From positions 35,712,001-35,776,000 of the forward strand of contig JBNRSN020000015.1 in the NCBI GenBank assembly GCA_051313645.2: a stretch of DNA of 64,000 bases, written 5' to 3'. Every line of letters begins with the position of its first letter. Positions within the stretch are counted from its first letter, which is position 1. Of the stretch, positions 1 to 12,059 are shown in pieces. The stretch is from Centroscyllium fabricii (Eukaryota). Made by a program: the position numbers and the translations under genes. The notes under the pieces were generated by a model. The model made no database searches. It saw only the letters and a list, made by a program, of their open reading frames with translations, and was not told the DNA's origin.

Positions 1-270
1 TTAAACTCAGTGGCTGCAGCCAATCACAGCCCCCGGGCTCACACACCACCTGATCCTAGACAGGCAAACTCCATCAATCACAGCCCAGCTCACACACCAC
101 CTGATCCTAGACAGGCAAGCTCCACCAAGCATCAATCGCAGCGGCCATTTCAACCTGTATTTACAAGATTCGCTGCAGAAAAACGTAAGTTAATTGCTCC
201 CATTCCGAAAACCGAAATTATCCGAGAACCGTCCGGTCCCGAGGTTTTCGGATAAAGGATTGTGTACCTG
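1..270. mobile_element. Right end of a Tc1/mariner (Tigger-like) MITE with an internal ~50-bp duplication
   Basis: Ends ...cggataaaggattgtgtacctg|TA. gctcacacaccacctgatcctagacaggcaa occurs twice. Confidence 0.5.
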
Positions 271-353
271 TACACAGTATGTTTCCATGTTAAAACTATT
301 TGAAGGAGCGTCATGCAGGCAGCTTTCTATCATACGCTTCTATTCCGTTTCAT

Positions 354-1107
354 GGGGGGGGGATTTCATGTCCCCGTGAGGTGGGGTTTTCGGTGGCTTG
401 GCCGGCAAAATAGCGCAGCTAGTGGGTCGCGACCCCCCGCCCCGCCGGATCCCTGCTGCTTTATCATTTTCCCCCGCCCTGATTACCCACCCCGAAACCT
501 TCCCGCCGGCGGCCGGCGGGGATGGGTTGTCACCTCATTAAGGGCCCTTAATTGGCATCTTTAATGCCATTTTAAGGGCCCTCAGCCATTTTGAGCCGTT
601 TCCAATCCTAACCCCGTCACCTTAAACCCCCAGCGCTGGTCATTACTTTCTCCTTCAAGGTGTGAAGGACATGCTGCCAAATGCTTGGCATGCCTCCAGC
701 ACCTTAGAGGAGTAAGTTACTCCATGGTGGCTGCACCAGCTATGAGCAAAAACAGTAATCTCAGCTTTGCACATTTGCTCACAGCCGGTGCGAGCTGTCA
801 AGGATTCGGAGCCCGCCCGCCCACCTGTCAGTCACCAGCACTTGACCTTTCCCATTGGTTCCACTCGACTGAGATGTCACAGTGGAGTGTTTCCATGGGA
901 ACTGTCAACAACCAGTGCTGGAACTGTCAATCAAGCTCTTCGCAGCCCGACTCGATTGAGTGAATTACCACCCGCTGCCGCCGGCGGAGATTTAACAACT
1001 CAATTAAATTAAAATTGCGTGGGATTCCCAGGCCCTTGGGTGGGCGGGATAGGAACCCGCCCAGACCAATCCCTGCCAGGTTCCCGCACTTCCGGCAAAA
1101 TTCCCCC
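354..1107. mobile_element. MITE-like element
   Basis: GGGGGATTT...AAAATTCCCCC ends and GC-rich mirrored subterminal motifs. Confidence 0.55.
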
Positions 1108-1409
1108 TTAAGTGTCCACAAGAACCAGCTACCATCCCAGTGTCAGAAGAAGCCAGCAAAGCACATCACCCTGCATCATCAACACAGGTGCTTCAGGCCA
1201 GTTAAGGAGTGGCAATTAGTGAGTCACAGAATACAAGTGAGAAGGAGCATGCAGTGGTGGCAATGCAAGAGCCTGTTGACCAAAGTTTCAGCTGAAGTTC
1301 TTCCTCAGCTGCAGCACTCAAACTCTGTGTATCAGCCTATAATACTATAATAAAGTGGTTACTAAAACACAACCGTCTTCCGGAGTCATCCGACAGTGGG
1401 AACAACACT

Positions 1410-1810
1410 ATGAGTTATGATGGTGACTGTGGAGGACGGGGCAACTCGCTGGGGCAGAAATCACCTGGTCCAAGAGGTAGGTACCGTATAACATTAATCA
1501 GGGTCAGTGTGATCTCCAGGAGTAGTGCTGATCGGCTAAGAGGGTGGGAGAGGATGTTCCCAGATTTTTTTCACCTCTCCCAGGAGATTACATTGGTTTG
1601 GGTGGGGGAGGGAGTGTATATACAATGATGCACAAAACATAACAATTATATGGAACAACAACAGAAAACGCTGGAAAAACTCAGCAGGCCAGGCAACATC
1701 CGTGGAGAGAGAAATAGAGTCAACGTTTCAGGTCGAAACCCTTCATCACAATTATATGGGACAGGCTTGATGGGCCAGTACATCTTTTCCTGTCTGTTAT
1801 TTTTCATATG
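1410..1810 (+). mobile_element. Old CR1-type 3' UTR containing the two-stem module; interrupted by a Penelope-like insert
   Basis: 1506-1594 is homologous to the reverse complement of 46091-46225. Ends with a ggacaggcttgatgggcc-type CR1 terminus. Confidence 0.65.
1654..1747 (+). mobile_element. Short Penelope-like repeat (AACAGAAAATGCTGGAAA family)
   Basis: TSD ACAATTATATGG at 1642-1653 and 1748-1759. Further copies at 7581-7679, 53985-54075, 57890-58050 and 58110-58245. Confidence 0.75.
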
Positions 1811-1812
1811 CT

Positions 1813-2183
1813 CACAGAAACTAGGAGCAGGAGTAGGCCATTCGGCCCTTCAAGCCTGCTCCGCCATTTTGGTGAGATCATGGCTGATCATTAAAACCCA
1901 GCACCCCCCTCCTACCCTCTCCCCATATCCCCCCCGACACCCCCAACTCTAACTCTATCTCACACACATACCCATGGGCAATTTTTTGTTTTAGTATCTC
2001 CAATTCACCTAACCTGCATGTCTTTGGGTGGTGGGAGGAAACCGGAGTACCCGGAGGAAACCCACATGAACACGGGGAGAACATGCAAACTCCACGCAGA
2101 GAGGTCCCGGGCCAAGCATGATTCGAACCCAGGAGCTCCTTCTGCGAGGCAGCAGTGCTAACCACTGTGCCAGCGTGTCATCC
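1813..2183 (-). mobile_element. V-SINE (HE1-like), tRNA-derived
   Basis: A/B boxes (gtggttagca, gggttcgaat), V-domain GGGTTTCCTCCGGGTACTCCGGTTTCCTCCCAC and a CR1-like tail. Confidence 0.9.
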
Positions 2184-2687
2184 TTCTCTGCAGCTTAGTA
2201 CCTAGTAAGAGTCATTCTAAGCCCAGTTAGAGAATTTCTTTCGCTTAAATTGCTGTTATAGAGGCTGAACTGTACAGCGGGCTCTCTTTACTCTGCTTCA
2301 ATACACCGCGTGATCAGATAGAGAGAACCATTACACTGCTGTCACAGACCTCATTGCTGCCCTCAGTCAGGTCTGCCCTCCCACAGATCAGTGGTGATGT
2401 TGAGGCAATGCCTAGTGGTAAGGAACTATCTGAAGTAGATTCACATAAGGCTGCTGTGTCTTAAGGCAATGCCACATCTGCCCATCCAACCTCCACAGTT
2501 CAACTGACAGAAGATGTGCCACAAAGTGGGCTGGACAAGTCGATCACCGCAGCCTCCGGCGTGGCAGAAGCAATTACAGGGCCATCTCATGACATATCAC
2601 AAGGAATTACAGGACCATCTCATGACCTATCACAAGGAATTACAGGGCCATCTCAATCCCAAGAGTCACCCACTGACACCCAGTGAC

Positions 2688-5600
2688 TGCATTGTTTTCT
2701 ATTTGGGTTCCAGACGACACATTATTGAAGGAGAATGTTGTTTAATCTAAAGTATGTTAAACTAACTTACAGCTTTTACATGAGGCTTACACAGGCTTCA
2801 TAGAGACTCCATCTTAGAGATTCATCTTACACTGAAACCAAAACTAAATTGCTTCTTGTCACATGCGCTCTGCTGGTCAGGCATGGATAATCAAACAGGC
2901 AACTATGATCCCTTTGCTAGTAAGGCATAGTCAAACAGGCAAACATGATCACTGTTTGCTGATATCATTACATCTCCCTTTCTTAAAACAAAGTATCTTA
3001 CTTTTAACTAACAACATGTTTTCTTTGTATAACTCTGCAATTTTACCTTTAACACAATGAACTTACATTTTTATTATTATTAACATTTTTTAACCTTGTT
3101 TTGTGTGTTCACATGAAATATGTACATACACTAGAACTTGAAGAGCGAATAAGATAACACTACTTCATCCTATAACAAGAGTCTTTAAATTTGCTCTATG
3201 AGTCTCTCAGGAGGTTTCACGTATCTTGACGATCTCCTGATTGATTGTCCTTGAATCTGAGTTGTTGCCTCAGATGATGTCTTCTCAGCTGTGTAATCAG
3301 GTTGTTCAACAATATCAGTCTTTCTGCCTGCTGTGGCTGGTCTCATGAGAAGATCTCGATGATTTCTTCGAAGAACAGCATCTTCATCTGTCTGAATGGT
3401 GTATGATCTTGGTTGGACTTCACTAAGGCCAGTTCCCTTCTGAGTCCATATGTTTGTTCTGTCTTTCAGCCTTACTTGGTCACCAGTGTGGAGTTCAGGT
3501 AGGTTTTTTGTTCCTCTGTCAAAGTAGTACTTTGCTTTACTTTCTGTTGTTCTTTGAACTTCCTCACTTTCTCCCCTCTTTTGTTTTCAGGAGGTACTCC
3601 GGGATGGGTAAGTTTGATCTTAGCATACGTCCCATAAGGAATTGGGCTGGTGACATACCACACTCGAGCGGCGTTGTGCGGTATACCAGCATGCTCTGGT
3701 AGAAGTCAGTTCCACTGTCTTTTGCCTTGTACATCAGTCTTTTCACTGTCTGTACCGATTTTTCCACTAGTCCATTGGACTGCGGAAAATGAGGACTTGA
3801 CGTTGTGTGGACAAAGTCCTACTCTTTGGCAAAGTGTCAGAAAGTTAAATTGCAAAACTGTCTGTGAAGACCTCGCTCGCCACGCCATGTCTGGAGAATA
3901 TGGCTTTAATACATGTTATCACAGCTTCTGCAGTGATGGTGTTCAGTCTACACACCTCTGGATACAGGGAGTAATAGTCTGTGACTACAAGATAGTCCTT
4001 CCCTTGACATACGAATAGGTCAGTGCCTACCTTCTGGTAAGGTCTGTCTTGTGCTGGGTGTGGCTTTAGTGGTTCTGCAGGATTGCTTGCTTGATATTGC
4101 CAGCATATTGTGCAGTTTGACACCTCATTTGTCACATGATGGTTGATTTGTGGCCAGTACATCAACTCTCGTGCTCTTTTCTTACACTTTTTGATTCCCA
4201 AATGTCCTCCATGGATCCTTTTTAGCATCTCTTTTCTCAGAGTCTTTGGGATAACTATTTTACTTCCTGTGTAGATGATGTCTTCGACCAGATAGTTCCG
4301 CCCTGCAGTTCCAGTACTCCGCCCTGCAGTTCCAGTACTCCGCCCTGCAGTTCCAGTACTCAGCAATGTCAGGTGAGCAGTCTTGCTTCATGTTGGGCCA
4401 TCCATCCAAGATGTTTTTTCTCAGTCATTTCAGTGTTTCATCTTTGTTTGTCTCAGTCTTTATGAGCTCCATTTTTGCATCTGCTATGGGCAGTGCACTT
4501 ATGATCATGTCCACGTAGGCGTTCACGTCTTCATCCATTTTGGTGTTTGAGGGCTCTCTCGGGTCAACAGCTCTAGACAACGTGTCTGCTGTGTACATTA
4601 GCTTACCCGGAGTGTACACCACATTCAGTGTATAGCGTTGCAGCCTGATCATCATTCTTTGTATTCTAAGTGGACAGACATTTAGTGGCTTTTGGAACAA
4701 TGCAATCAAGGGCTTATGGTCAGTCTCTACACTGATTGCTTGTCCTGACACAAACTGATGAAATCTTTCACAGGCGTATGTGATGCTGAGCAGCTCCTTT
4801 TCTATTTGAGCATATCACGTCTCCGCATCTGTCATTGAGCACGATGCATATGCAATAGGTTGCCAGTCATCACATTTTTGCAGAAGAACAGCACCGAGCC
4901 CACTCTGTGATGTGCCTGATGATATTGTGATGGGTCTCGCTGGGTCATAAAACCTCAGAACTGGTTCCTCTGAGCAGTTTCTTTAGTTCACTCCATGACT
5001 TCTCATGCTCATGATTCCACTCACATTCTATGTTCTTTTCAGTTAGTCTTCTCAGTGGCGACATCTTTTCTGAGAGGTTGCATATGAATGTTCCCATGTA
5101 GTTGATCATTCCATTAAACCTCTGCATGTCCCTTTTGCATTGTGGCCTTGGCATATTCCCAATGGCGGACACCTTTCTGGGATCTGGTCTGATGCCCTCA
5201 CTGCTAAGGATATCTCCCACAAATGTCAGTTCTGTCACCCCGAGCTGGCATTTCTTGCTATTCAGCTTCAGGTTTGTTTTCCTTGTTGCTTCCTGCACTT
5301 TTTTCAGTCTCTCGTCATGCTCAGTTCTCGTGGTTCCCCATACTATGATGTCATCCATTGAGGTATCAACTCCCTCCAGGTGCTCATAGACCATATGGAT
5401 AGTTTTGTGATACACTTCAGGAGCTGAGGCAATACCAAATGGTAACCTTAGGAATCTGTATCTGCCAAAAGGACTAGTGAATGTGCACAGTCTTGAACTT
5501 GCTTCATCTAGTTTCAACTGCCAAAATCATGATGATGCATCTAACTTGCTGAAATACTTTGCATTTGCAAACTGTGACATGATTTCCTCATGCGTTGGAA

Positions 5601-7467
5601 GCTTGAAGTGCTCTCTCTTTATTGCTCTGTTTAGATCTCTTGGATCCAGGCAAGTGAACTCACCCACTTAGTTGGCTCATCTATCTTCTGAATCATGTTC
5701 AGGCTTTCAATCCTGTCCAACTCTGCTTTCAGTTGCTTTTGAAGAGCAAGTAGAACTTTTCTGCATGGATGTATGATCGGTAGCACATTTTTATCCACTC
5801 TGATCATGTGTTCTCCTGGAAGGCAGCCTAGACCCTGAAATAGGTCGTTGTACTCTTTCATGAGTTCATCATAGACTGTCTCTCCTTCGCTTTCGACAAC
5901 AAGGACTCTCTTTACCAGGTTCAGTCTCTCACAGGCTATTAAGCCCAGTATGGCCTGCACATCCTTTGGCACGATGAGTGCTAACATGTGCTGTCTGTCC
6001 TTGTGTGTCACTTTGACAATGCATTTTCCTTGCACTGGTATATCAGTACCTGAGTATCCTGTCACCTTCACTTTTCTTCCATATATCTTTGGTTTGGGTC
6101 TAATTTTCTTAAAATCAGTCTCTGATATTACATTAATTTGTGCTCCAGTATCCAATGTCATTCACATTTAATCTCAACATCCAGTCTCTTTTTTCTGTTT
6201 TGTTTTCAGACGCATAGAACTCCTCTATCTCCCTTTCATCTATTGCATGGACCTTGCTTTGTTGCGCTTGGTTCCTACAGCAACGGGCATAATGGTTGAT
6301 TTTGTTGCAAATAATGCATGTTTTACCATATGCTAGATACTTTTTTGGTAGGTGTTGTGTACTGCATCGACTACATGACTTTTGATTGCCCCTTTCATTT
6401 TTGTTCGCTGCCCACGCCTTTTTTTTCACGTTGGCGCTCTTTTTGTTGAACGGTTTGTGTCCGTTCTTTCTCACTGCATCCACGTTGCAGTTACTTTCAC
6501 TGAACAGCTCCTTTGCCTGCGACTTCACAGTCTCTGTAGCCCTACAGAGTGCTATGGCTTTTTCCAGGTCTAGATCTTGCTGTCTTAGCAGTCTTTCCCT
6601 TAGACTATTATCTGGAATACCACACACAAGTCTGCCTTTTATCAGCGAGTCTGTCAGTCCACCAAATTCACACATTTTGCTTCTGTTTCTCAGTTCAGTC
6701 ACATAGTGATCAATAGTTTCTCCCATTTTCTGTACACGTGAAAAATCTGTGCCTCTCAAACGTCACGTAACGTTTACGTATGAGGTATGCCTCAAACTGT
6801 TCCATTATTTTATCCAACTTCATTTTGTCTCCATCAGCAGCGAATGTGAAGTTATTATACACCTCCAGCGCTTCATCACCCACGACATGTAAGAACACTG
6901 ATGCTTTCATTTTATCACTTTTCTCATCAGCTCCGACTGCCGCTAAATACAACTCAAAACGTTGTTTGAATCTGTTCCAATTTTCAGCCACATTACCTGT
7001 CAACTGAAGTTTCGCCAGTGGGTGTAACCCTTCCATTTTTCACTTTGTTAGCTATTCTCTAATGGTAAGTAACGATGTTTTCTTTTAGCTTGCTAATATG
7101 TGGAGAGCTGATTTCGCTGGTTAGTTGCTAACTTCAGATGTTTTGCTCTTCATTTACTTCAATCCATTTCTGTCATCATGTATTGATTTGTATGTGGGTT
7201 CCAGATGACACATTATTGAAGGAGAATGTTGTTCAATCTAAAGTATGTTAAACTAACTTACAGCTTTTACATGAGGCTTACACAGGCTTTACAGAGACTC
7301 CATCTTAGAGATTCATCTTAAACTGAAACCAAAACTAACTAGCTTCTTGTCACATGCCCTCTGCTGGTCAGGCATGGATAATCAAACAGGCTACTATGAT
7401 CCCTTTGCTAGTAAGGCATAGATAGTCAAACAAGCAAACATGATCACTGTTTGCTGATATCATTACA
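2688..7467 (-). mobile_element. Gypsy/Ty3 LTR retrotransposon 1, two LTRs, decayed (Mag-like)
   Basis: LTRs 2688-2972 and 7179-7467 with TG...CA ends. Perfect TSD GTGAC (2683-2687, 7468-7472). PBS TGATGACAGAAATGG (degenerate tRNA-Leu type). PPT AAGAAAGGGAGA. Confidence 0.96.
3472..7036 (-). pseudogene. Frameshifted gag-pol of element 1 (gag, protease LDTGA, RT SMDDI, RNase H, integrase)
   Basis: ORF fragments 6710-7036, 6133-6759, 5631-6161, 4945-5517, 4425-4751, 3845-4366 and 3564-3767 run in PR-RT-RH-IN order, with several frameshifts. Confidence 0.95.
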
Positions 7468-7580
7468 GTGACCTCACTTAGTCTTCCCATTGAGGAAGCA
7501 TTAGAAGATGCACTAGGATACTGCTACAAGAAAGGATACACGATCAAAGGGTATTACCAATGTAAACCACATTAAGTACA

Positions 7581-7679
7581 GTCTTGATAAAGGGAACTAC
7601 CCGAAACGTTGGCTCTGTATTTCTCTCTACCGATGCGGCCTGAACTGCTGAGTTTTTCCAGCATTTTCTGTTGTTGTTT
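7581..7679 (-). mobile_element. Short Penelope-like repeat, same family
   Basis: TSD TTAAGTACA at 7572-7580 and 7680-7688. Confidence 0.75.
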
Positions 7680-9394
7680 TTAAGTACATGTACTGATCAC
7701 TTGTAGGGCAAGATAGTTTTTGTATTTTACTTCAACTTTGTTCAGATAATTTACTTCTGATGGTGCACAATAAGGTGGCAGCAAATCAAAGGATGGCCAG
7801 CCATGGTGGTGCAGGAGACAATGTTGCTGAAGGTGTATTTAATTTTTGTTCTAGCAACCAAAAATACCTAATTTTCCCTTTAAGAAGTTGCTCCTTGCGA
7901 GGCCAGAATATTTCTGACCTCTTGACTACATCCACTTTATGTGGTCATGGTAAGTGCGCATGGCAAAACTTCTCAGCAAAGAACAGGGATTTAGCAGCTG
8001 ACCCCATTTAAATCCAAGTTATGTAAGATTACCTGTTAAAATAATGCTAGAGCCTGATGGAATGGATGTCCGCCTGATATCTCAGCCCCCGACTGCCCCA
8101 AAAACATGTCCGCTGAGCAAAGTTCCCTTTGCATCAGTTATTCGCAGTGCTCGTACTCTGTCTCTAGATGTCACTGCAGCACATTCCATTCTATGCTGTA
8201 GCTCACCCCTGCAGTATGGCAGTGGCACTATACAGGTGGGACATGGAATTGCATGGCCCCAGGCTTGCAACTACCAATCATCAATTTTTTTCCATTCCCC
8301 TGTTCAGCTTCTACCTCCAGACTATTTTCTGGCCGCGAGGATGGAACAGAGCTGTTCCAACTAAGGTGTAATCCATCTGCACATCCAGTTTCACTCCCTG
8401 TAATAAGATGCTCACTGGTTTTCCCATTAGTTTCTCACTGGACCACTACTGCCAACAAGCAATGCAACCAGCCATTGCTCCATCTGCTGGGTCCAAAAAG
8501 GATAACAGAGATAAGAATATGTTACACGTAGGATAGCAGAGTTGGAAGTGCTTTACATACTCAGATGCAGGGGACCAGAGAGCTGGGACCGTGTTACACA
8601 GAAGATAACGGAGAGCTGACAACAAAAGGTCATACGCTGCTGAACAGCTGTCCAAACACTACATCCTCCTACAGTCATTGCCATCATAAACCACCAGATA
8701 CAGCACAGGCTAGAAGCAGAGTAAAGCGCTGTCTATAGTGGCCCAAGCACTTCTAAATCAGGCAGAAACCTGCTGCATGAACAATAAAACTCTCCCTTAT
8801 CAAGTACAGATCATACCCTCTACTCTAGCATTGACGGCCCTCAATTTATTTATCTTCTGCGATAGGTCACTAGCCACAGGGAGCTCTTGTGAAATTAATC
8901 CTGAGTTCCCAAAGGCGATGGAGTAAAGTCTCCAGGATTACCAGTGCAACACGTGACCAGGAGCATTCCAGTGATTACTTTCCCCAGGATATGAGCCAGT
9001 TTTCCATGGATTGTTCGATGGGTGTGTCTGCATCTACCTTAAATTAGGTTGTCTGCAGGGTGGATGCATTTTCTGCAGTCAGCCCCCATTGCCTCCCCAT
9101 ACACCACGCTGCTCCAAGACAAATTGTGCAGAATTACCCACCATCTGAGTCTATCAGAGCGAGGAAGCTCCATCTTACTGCTAAATGGCATGGTTTGGTG
9201 GAGCAGCCATTCACAATTTGGGTCTTCCTCTCGGAGAAAGCTCTTCTTTATATTCCACACTGCACTTCATCAACATGCCCAATGTCAATCCATAGTTTCT
9301 GAGCAATATGGTGCAGGCCCATTTTTATTGCACTGGCCTTTTATTACATATACATTCCTCTACAGTTTAACGTTGTGGCTGTTATACACAAAAG

Positions 9395-9795
9395 AAAGAA
9401 CTTACATTATACTTTATTCAGGACATCCGAAAGCGCTCACATACAATGAATCTGTAATGTAGTCACTCTTGCTTTGTAGGCAAGCACAGCAGCTAATTTG
9501 TAAGGTCCCACATAAAGTATGGACATGAATGACCAGTTACTCTGTTTTATTTGGTGGTGTAGGTTAAGTGAGGAGTATTGACCAGGACACTAGGAGAACT
9601 TTCTGATCAACCAACACTGTCATGGGATCTTCAATATCCACCTGAACTGCGGGGACAGAGAGAATAGAGCTTGGTTTAAACTCACATCTGAAGAACAGAA
9701 CCTCCAACAATGCAGCACTCCCTCAGTGCTGTACTGGGGAGTCAGCCTAGTTCATGCACTCATGGTGTGGTGTGGGCCTTGGATGCACATAACCC
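9395..9795 (-). mobile_element. Older Deu-domain SINE copy
   Basis: Diverged reverse-complement similarity (catgggatctt, tgcagcactccctcagtgctg). Confidence 0.7.
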
Positions 9796-10077
9796 CCTGA
9801 TCAATTCTGCCTTCAACAATCTGCAATCGCTTACCGATAATTCATCATAGGAACTGAGATAGCCTCAGTGAGTGAGCATAGTGTGCTGTACCCAGAGACC
9901 CACGGAACAGTGGATAAAACCTCTCAGTAATCAAACAGAGGGAAAGATGAAATGTACTGAAAGGAATGGCACCAGCCCCAGAGTTCAACCCCTTTTAAGA
10001 ATTCCTGCTGGAAATGTAGGCCCATTAGCATGACATTACCAAGCAGCTAAAGAGTTCACTACACACTGGTCACAAAC

Positions 10078-10287
10078 CTCTTCGGGTAACCAGGCACTGC
10101 TGCCGTGGAGATGCCTGTGCTACTTGGCATCGTGTTGTTCAGGTCTTTATCCCTTTTGCTGCTCTCCAGCTCCGTCTGTCTGCGTGTGTACAATGAGCTC
10201 CGGGCAAGGCTGGCCAATGGATTGCCAGCGTCATCCTCTCGCTGCCGTGTGTAAGAGGCACTACGAGCCAATGGGGCTGCGGAGTCA
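10078..10287 (-). CDS. PPP1R12C: Exon (SDSAAPLARSASYTRQ...LARSSLYTRRQ...AVPGYPK), 210 bp
   Basis: ttttcaatgcag| acceptor, AG|gtttgt donor, phase 2-2. SxSYTRR motif similar to the MYPT1 central region. Confidence 0.85.
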
Positions 10288-10594
10288 CTGCATTGAAAAA
10301 CAAGGAGCATAGTCAGCAAGAAGCAGGCAGTGACTAATAACCTGATGGCCAGTTTCTATATACATTTTAAACATTTATGTTTTAAAGCTAAAGAAGCTGG
10401 GAACGTTTCCACCGCAAAAAGAGGCTGCTCAGGGGAAACCTTATCGAAGTGTTTGTATTTTAAGGGGTGTAGACGCACTAAACCCTAGTAAATTGTCTGA
10501 ACATTACCACAAACTTGACAACCTGGAGTACAGACTTGAAGTCAGAAGAGGGAAGGTGAGCAGTTTAGATTTCACTACTTTACTCAGAGGGTAG

Positions 10595-10871
10595 TATGGT
10601 AAACCTGTATTTACCACTGTATATAATGTCTGCACCAGTAATGACCTGACGGCATTACTGGACATATACCTGTACATATCTGTATATACCGGACAGCAGG
10701 AACTGCCCCGCCTCTAACTCCTCCCCTCAGGTCGGAGTACATAGGCGGCTGTTCACCAACCCCCGTTCATTCACCGTCCTGAGCTCAGCCAAAGACCAGC
10801 TCTGTTTATAGTTAATAAAAGCCTTTAGTTGAGGTAACTATTCATCTTTGCGTATTATTGACGATACATCA
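10595..10871 (+). mobile_element. Solo LTR related to element 3, inserted in an old CR1 fragment
   Basis: TSD GGTAG at 10590-10594 and 10872-10876. Ends TA(from TG)...CA. Shares TAGTTAATAAAAGCC and the TTATTGA...ATCA end with the LTRs of element 3. Flanks rejoin to CR1 FTQRVVNMWN. Confidence 0.85.
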
Positions 10872-11869
10872 GGTAGTGAATATGTGGAACTGACTGCCCA
10901 TGGCGATAGTAAGGTGGATTGTGGAGGAAAATTTGAGAGAGAGATGAGTAGTTTTGGGGGGTTTTGGCAGGAAGATTGATAGTGTATTTAATTATTTATT
11001 CAAATGTTTTAATCCATCCACATGCAAGGATCATTCCCACTAAATAGCCTTGATCCATCACGAAAGGGCCTCAGTGTACTCCAACCCTTATTCTTGCAAT
11101 CCACCTGAAGCCTCAAATCTAGGCCTTTTACATCATCTACACAAACAGAATCTTAATTTTTGTTTTAGTTTACAAACCTAAATCCCAATGGCCTATGTTA
11201 TACAGAGGAAGCCATGGGTACAGTAAAGTGCTGAAACCAGAAATCCATTCAAGCCCCAACTCGTTTCCCAGAGCATCTGAAGTAGTCGAAGTGGAGAAAA
11301 AGTTGGTGCAGTAACATATACCCTAGATGTCTCTTGCATGCTGTGTAAATACAGGACTTAATCTGTGCCGGTGATACTTATTAACCAAATAGCAATATCC
11401 CGCCCACCATTGGTAGTTAGACTCGGGGCTTCCTCTTGATATGTCGCCGAGTCTCACATTCCCAATCTCACAGGGCCTCCCCAATTATAGTCAGACAGCT
11501 CAAAACAGTGCTTTATAACTTGTTCTTGCTGAATGGGAGAGGGGGGGGCTACATGATCGTGTGTTGTCTGTGGCTATTGCTGCCCATTCTTCATAGCCAT
11601 TGGCTCCTGATAGCTATTACTGCCCCTGATTTCCTGTATTGTCGAAGTACATTTTGGTAATGTCTGGATTGCAGGCTAAAACCACACTGGTCTTTACATC
11701 AACTCTTAATTCAGATTTTCTGGCCCCCACTTTTCTTATGCTGCCACATGGTTGAGAGATTACTGTGTGGGTGTTTACATTGAGTTGTAGTATTAGGCTA
11801 ACCAGTGTTTCAGAAACCAAACAAAATGTGCTAGTCTAGTGAACTGGCTCCCGCAGCTGGTCTGCCCAC

Positions 11870-11955
11870 CTAGTTTTATTTTCGTTGGCATCTCCAATGG
11901 TGAAGAGCTTCCTTGTCGGAGTTGGTGGCACACGGGCCAACCGAGGTTCCTTCTC
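11870..11955 (-). CDS. PPP1R12C: Exon (EKEPRLARVPPTPTRKLFTIGDANENKT), 86 bp
   Basis: gtctttcag| acceptor, AG|gtgggc donor, phase 0-2. RLARVPPTP resembles PPP1R12C RLARITPTP. Confidence 0.9.
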
Positions 11956-12059
11956 CTGAAAGACAACACAGAAATGAAGGCTGAACTCAAAACCAACACT
12001 GTCTGCATTCAACAAAAGAGATCTCAGTGCTGAACAATGGCACACATTCCCAATTGTGG

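Noticed and set aside
2568-2656. 33-bp repeat (about 2.7 copies) encoding ELQGHLMTYHK
   Set aside because: Small local duplication with no splice sites or recognisable homology.
1-10077. Next PPP1R12C exons (RRSY..PVRDEE, RRSTQ)
   Set aside because: Not found by reading. They probably lie beyond the left edge, though a short divergent exon could have been missed.
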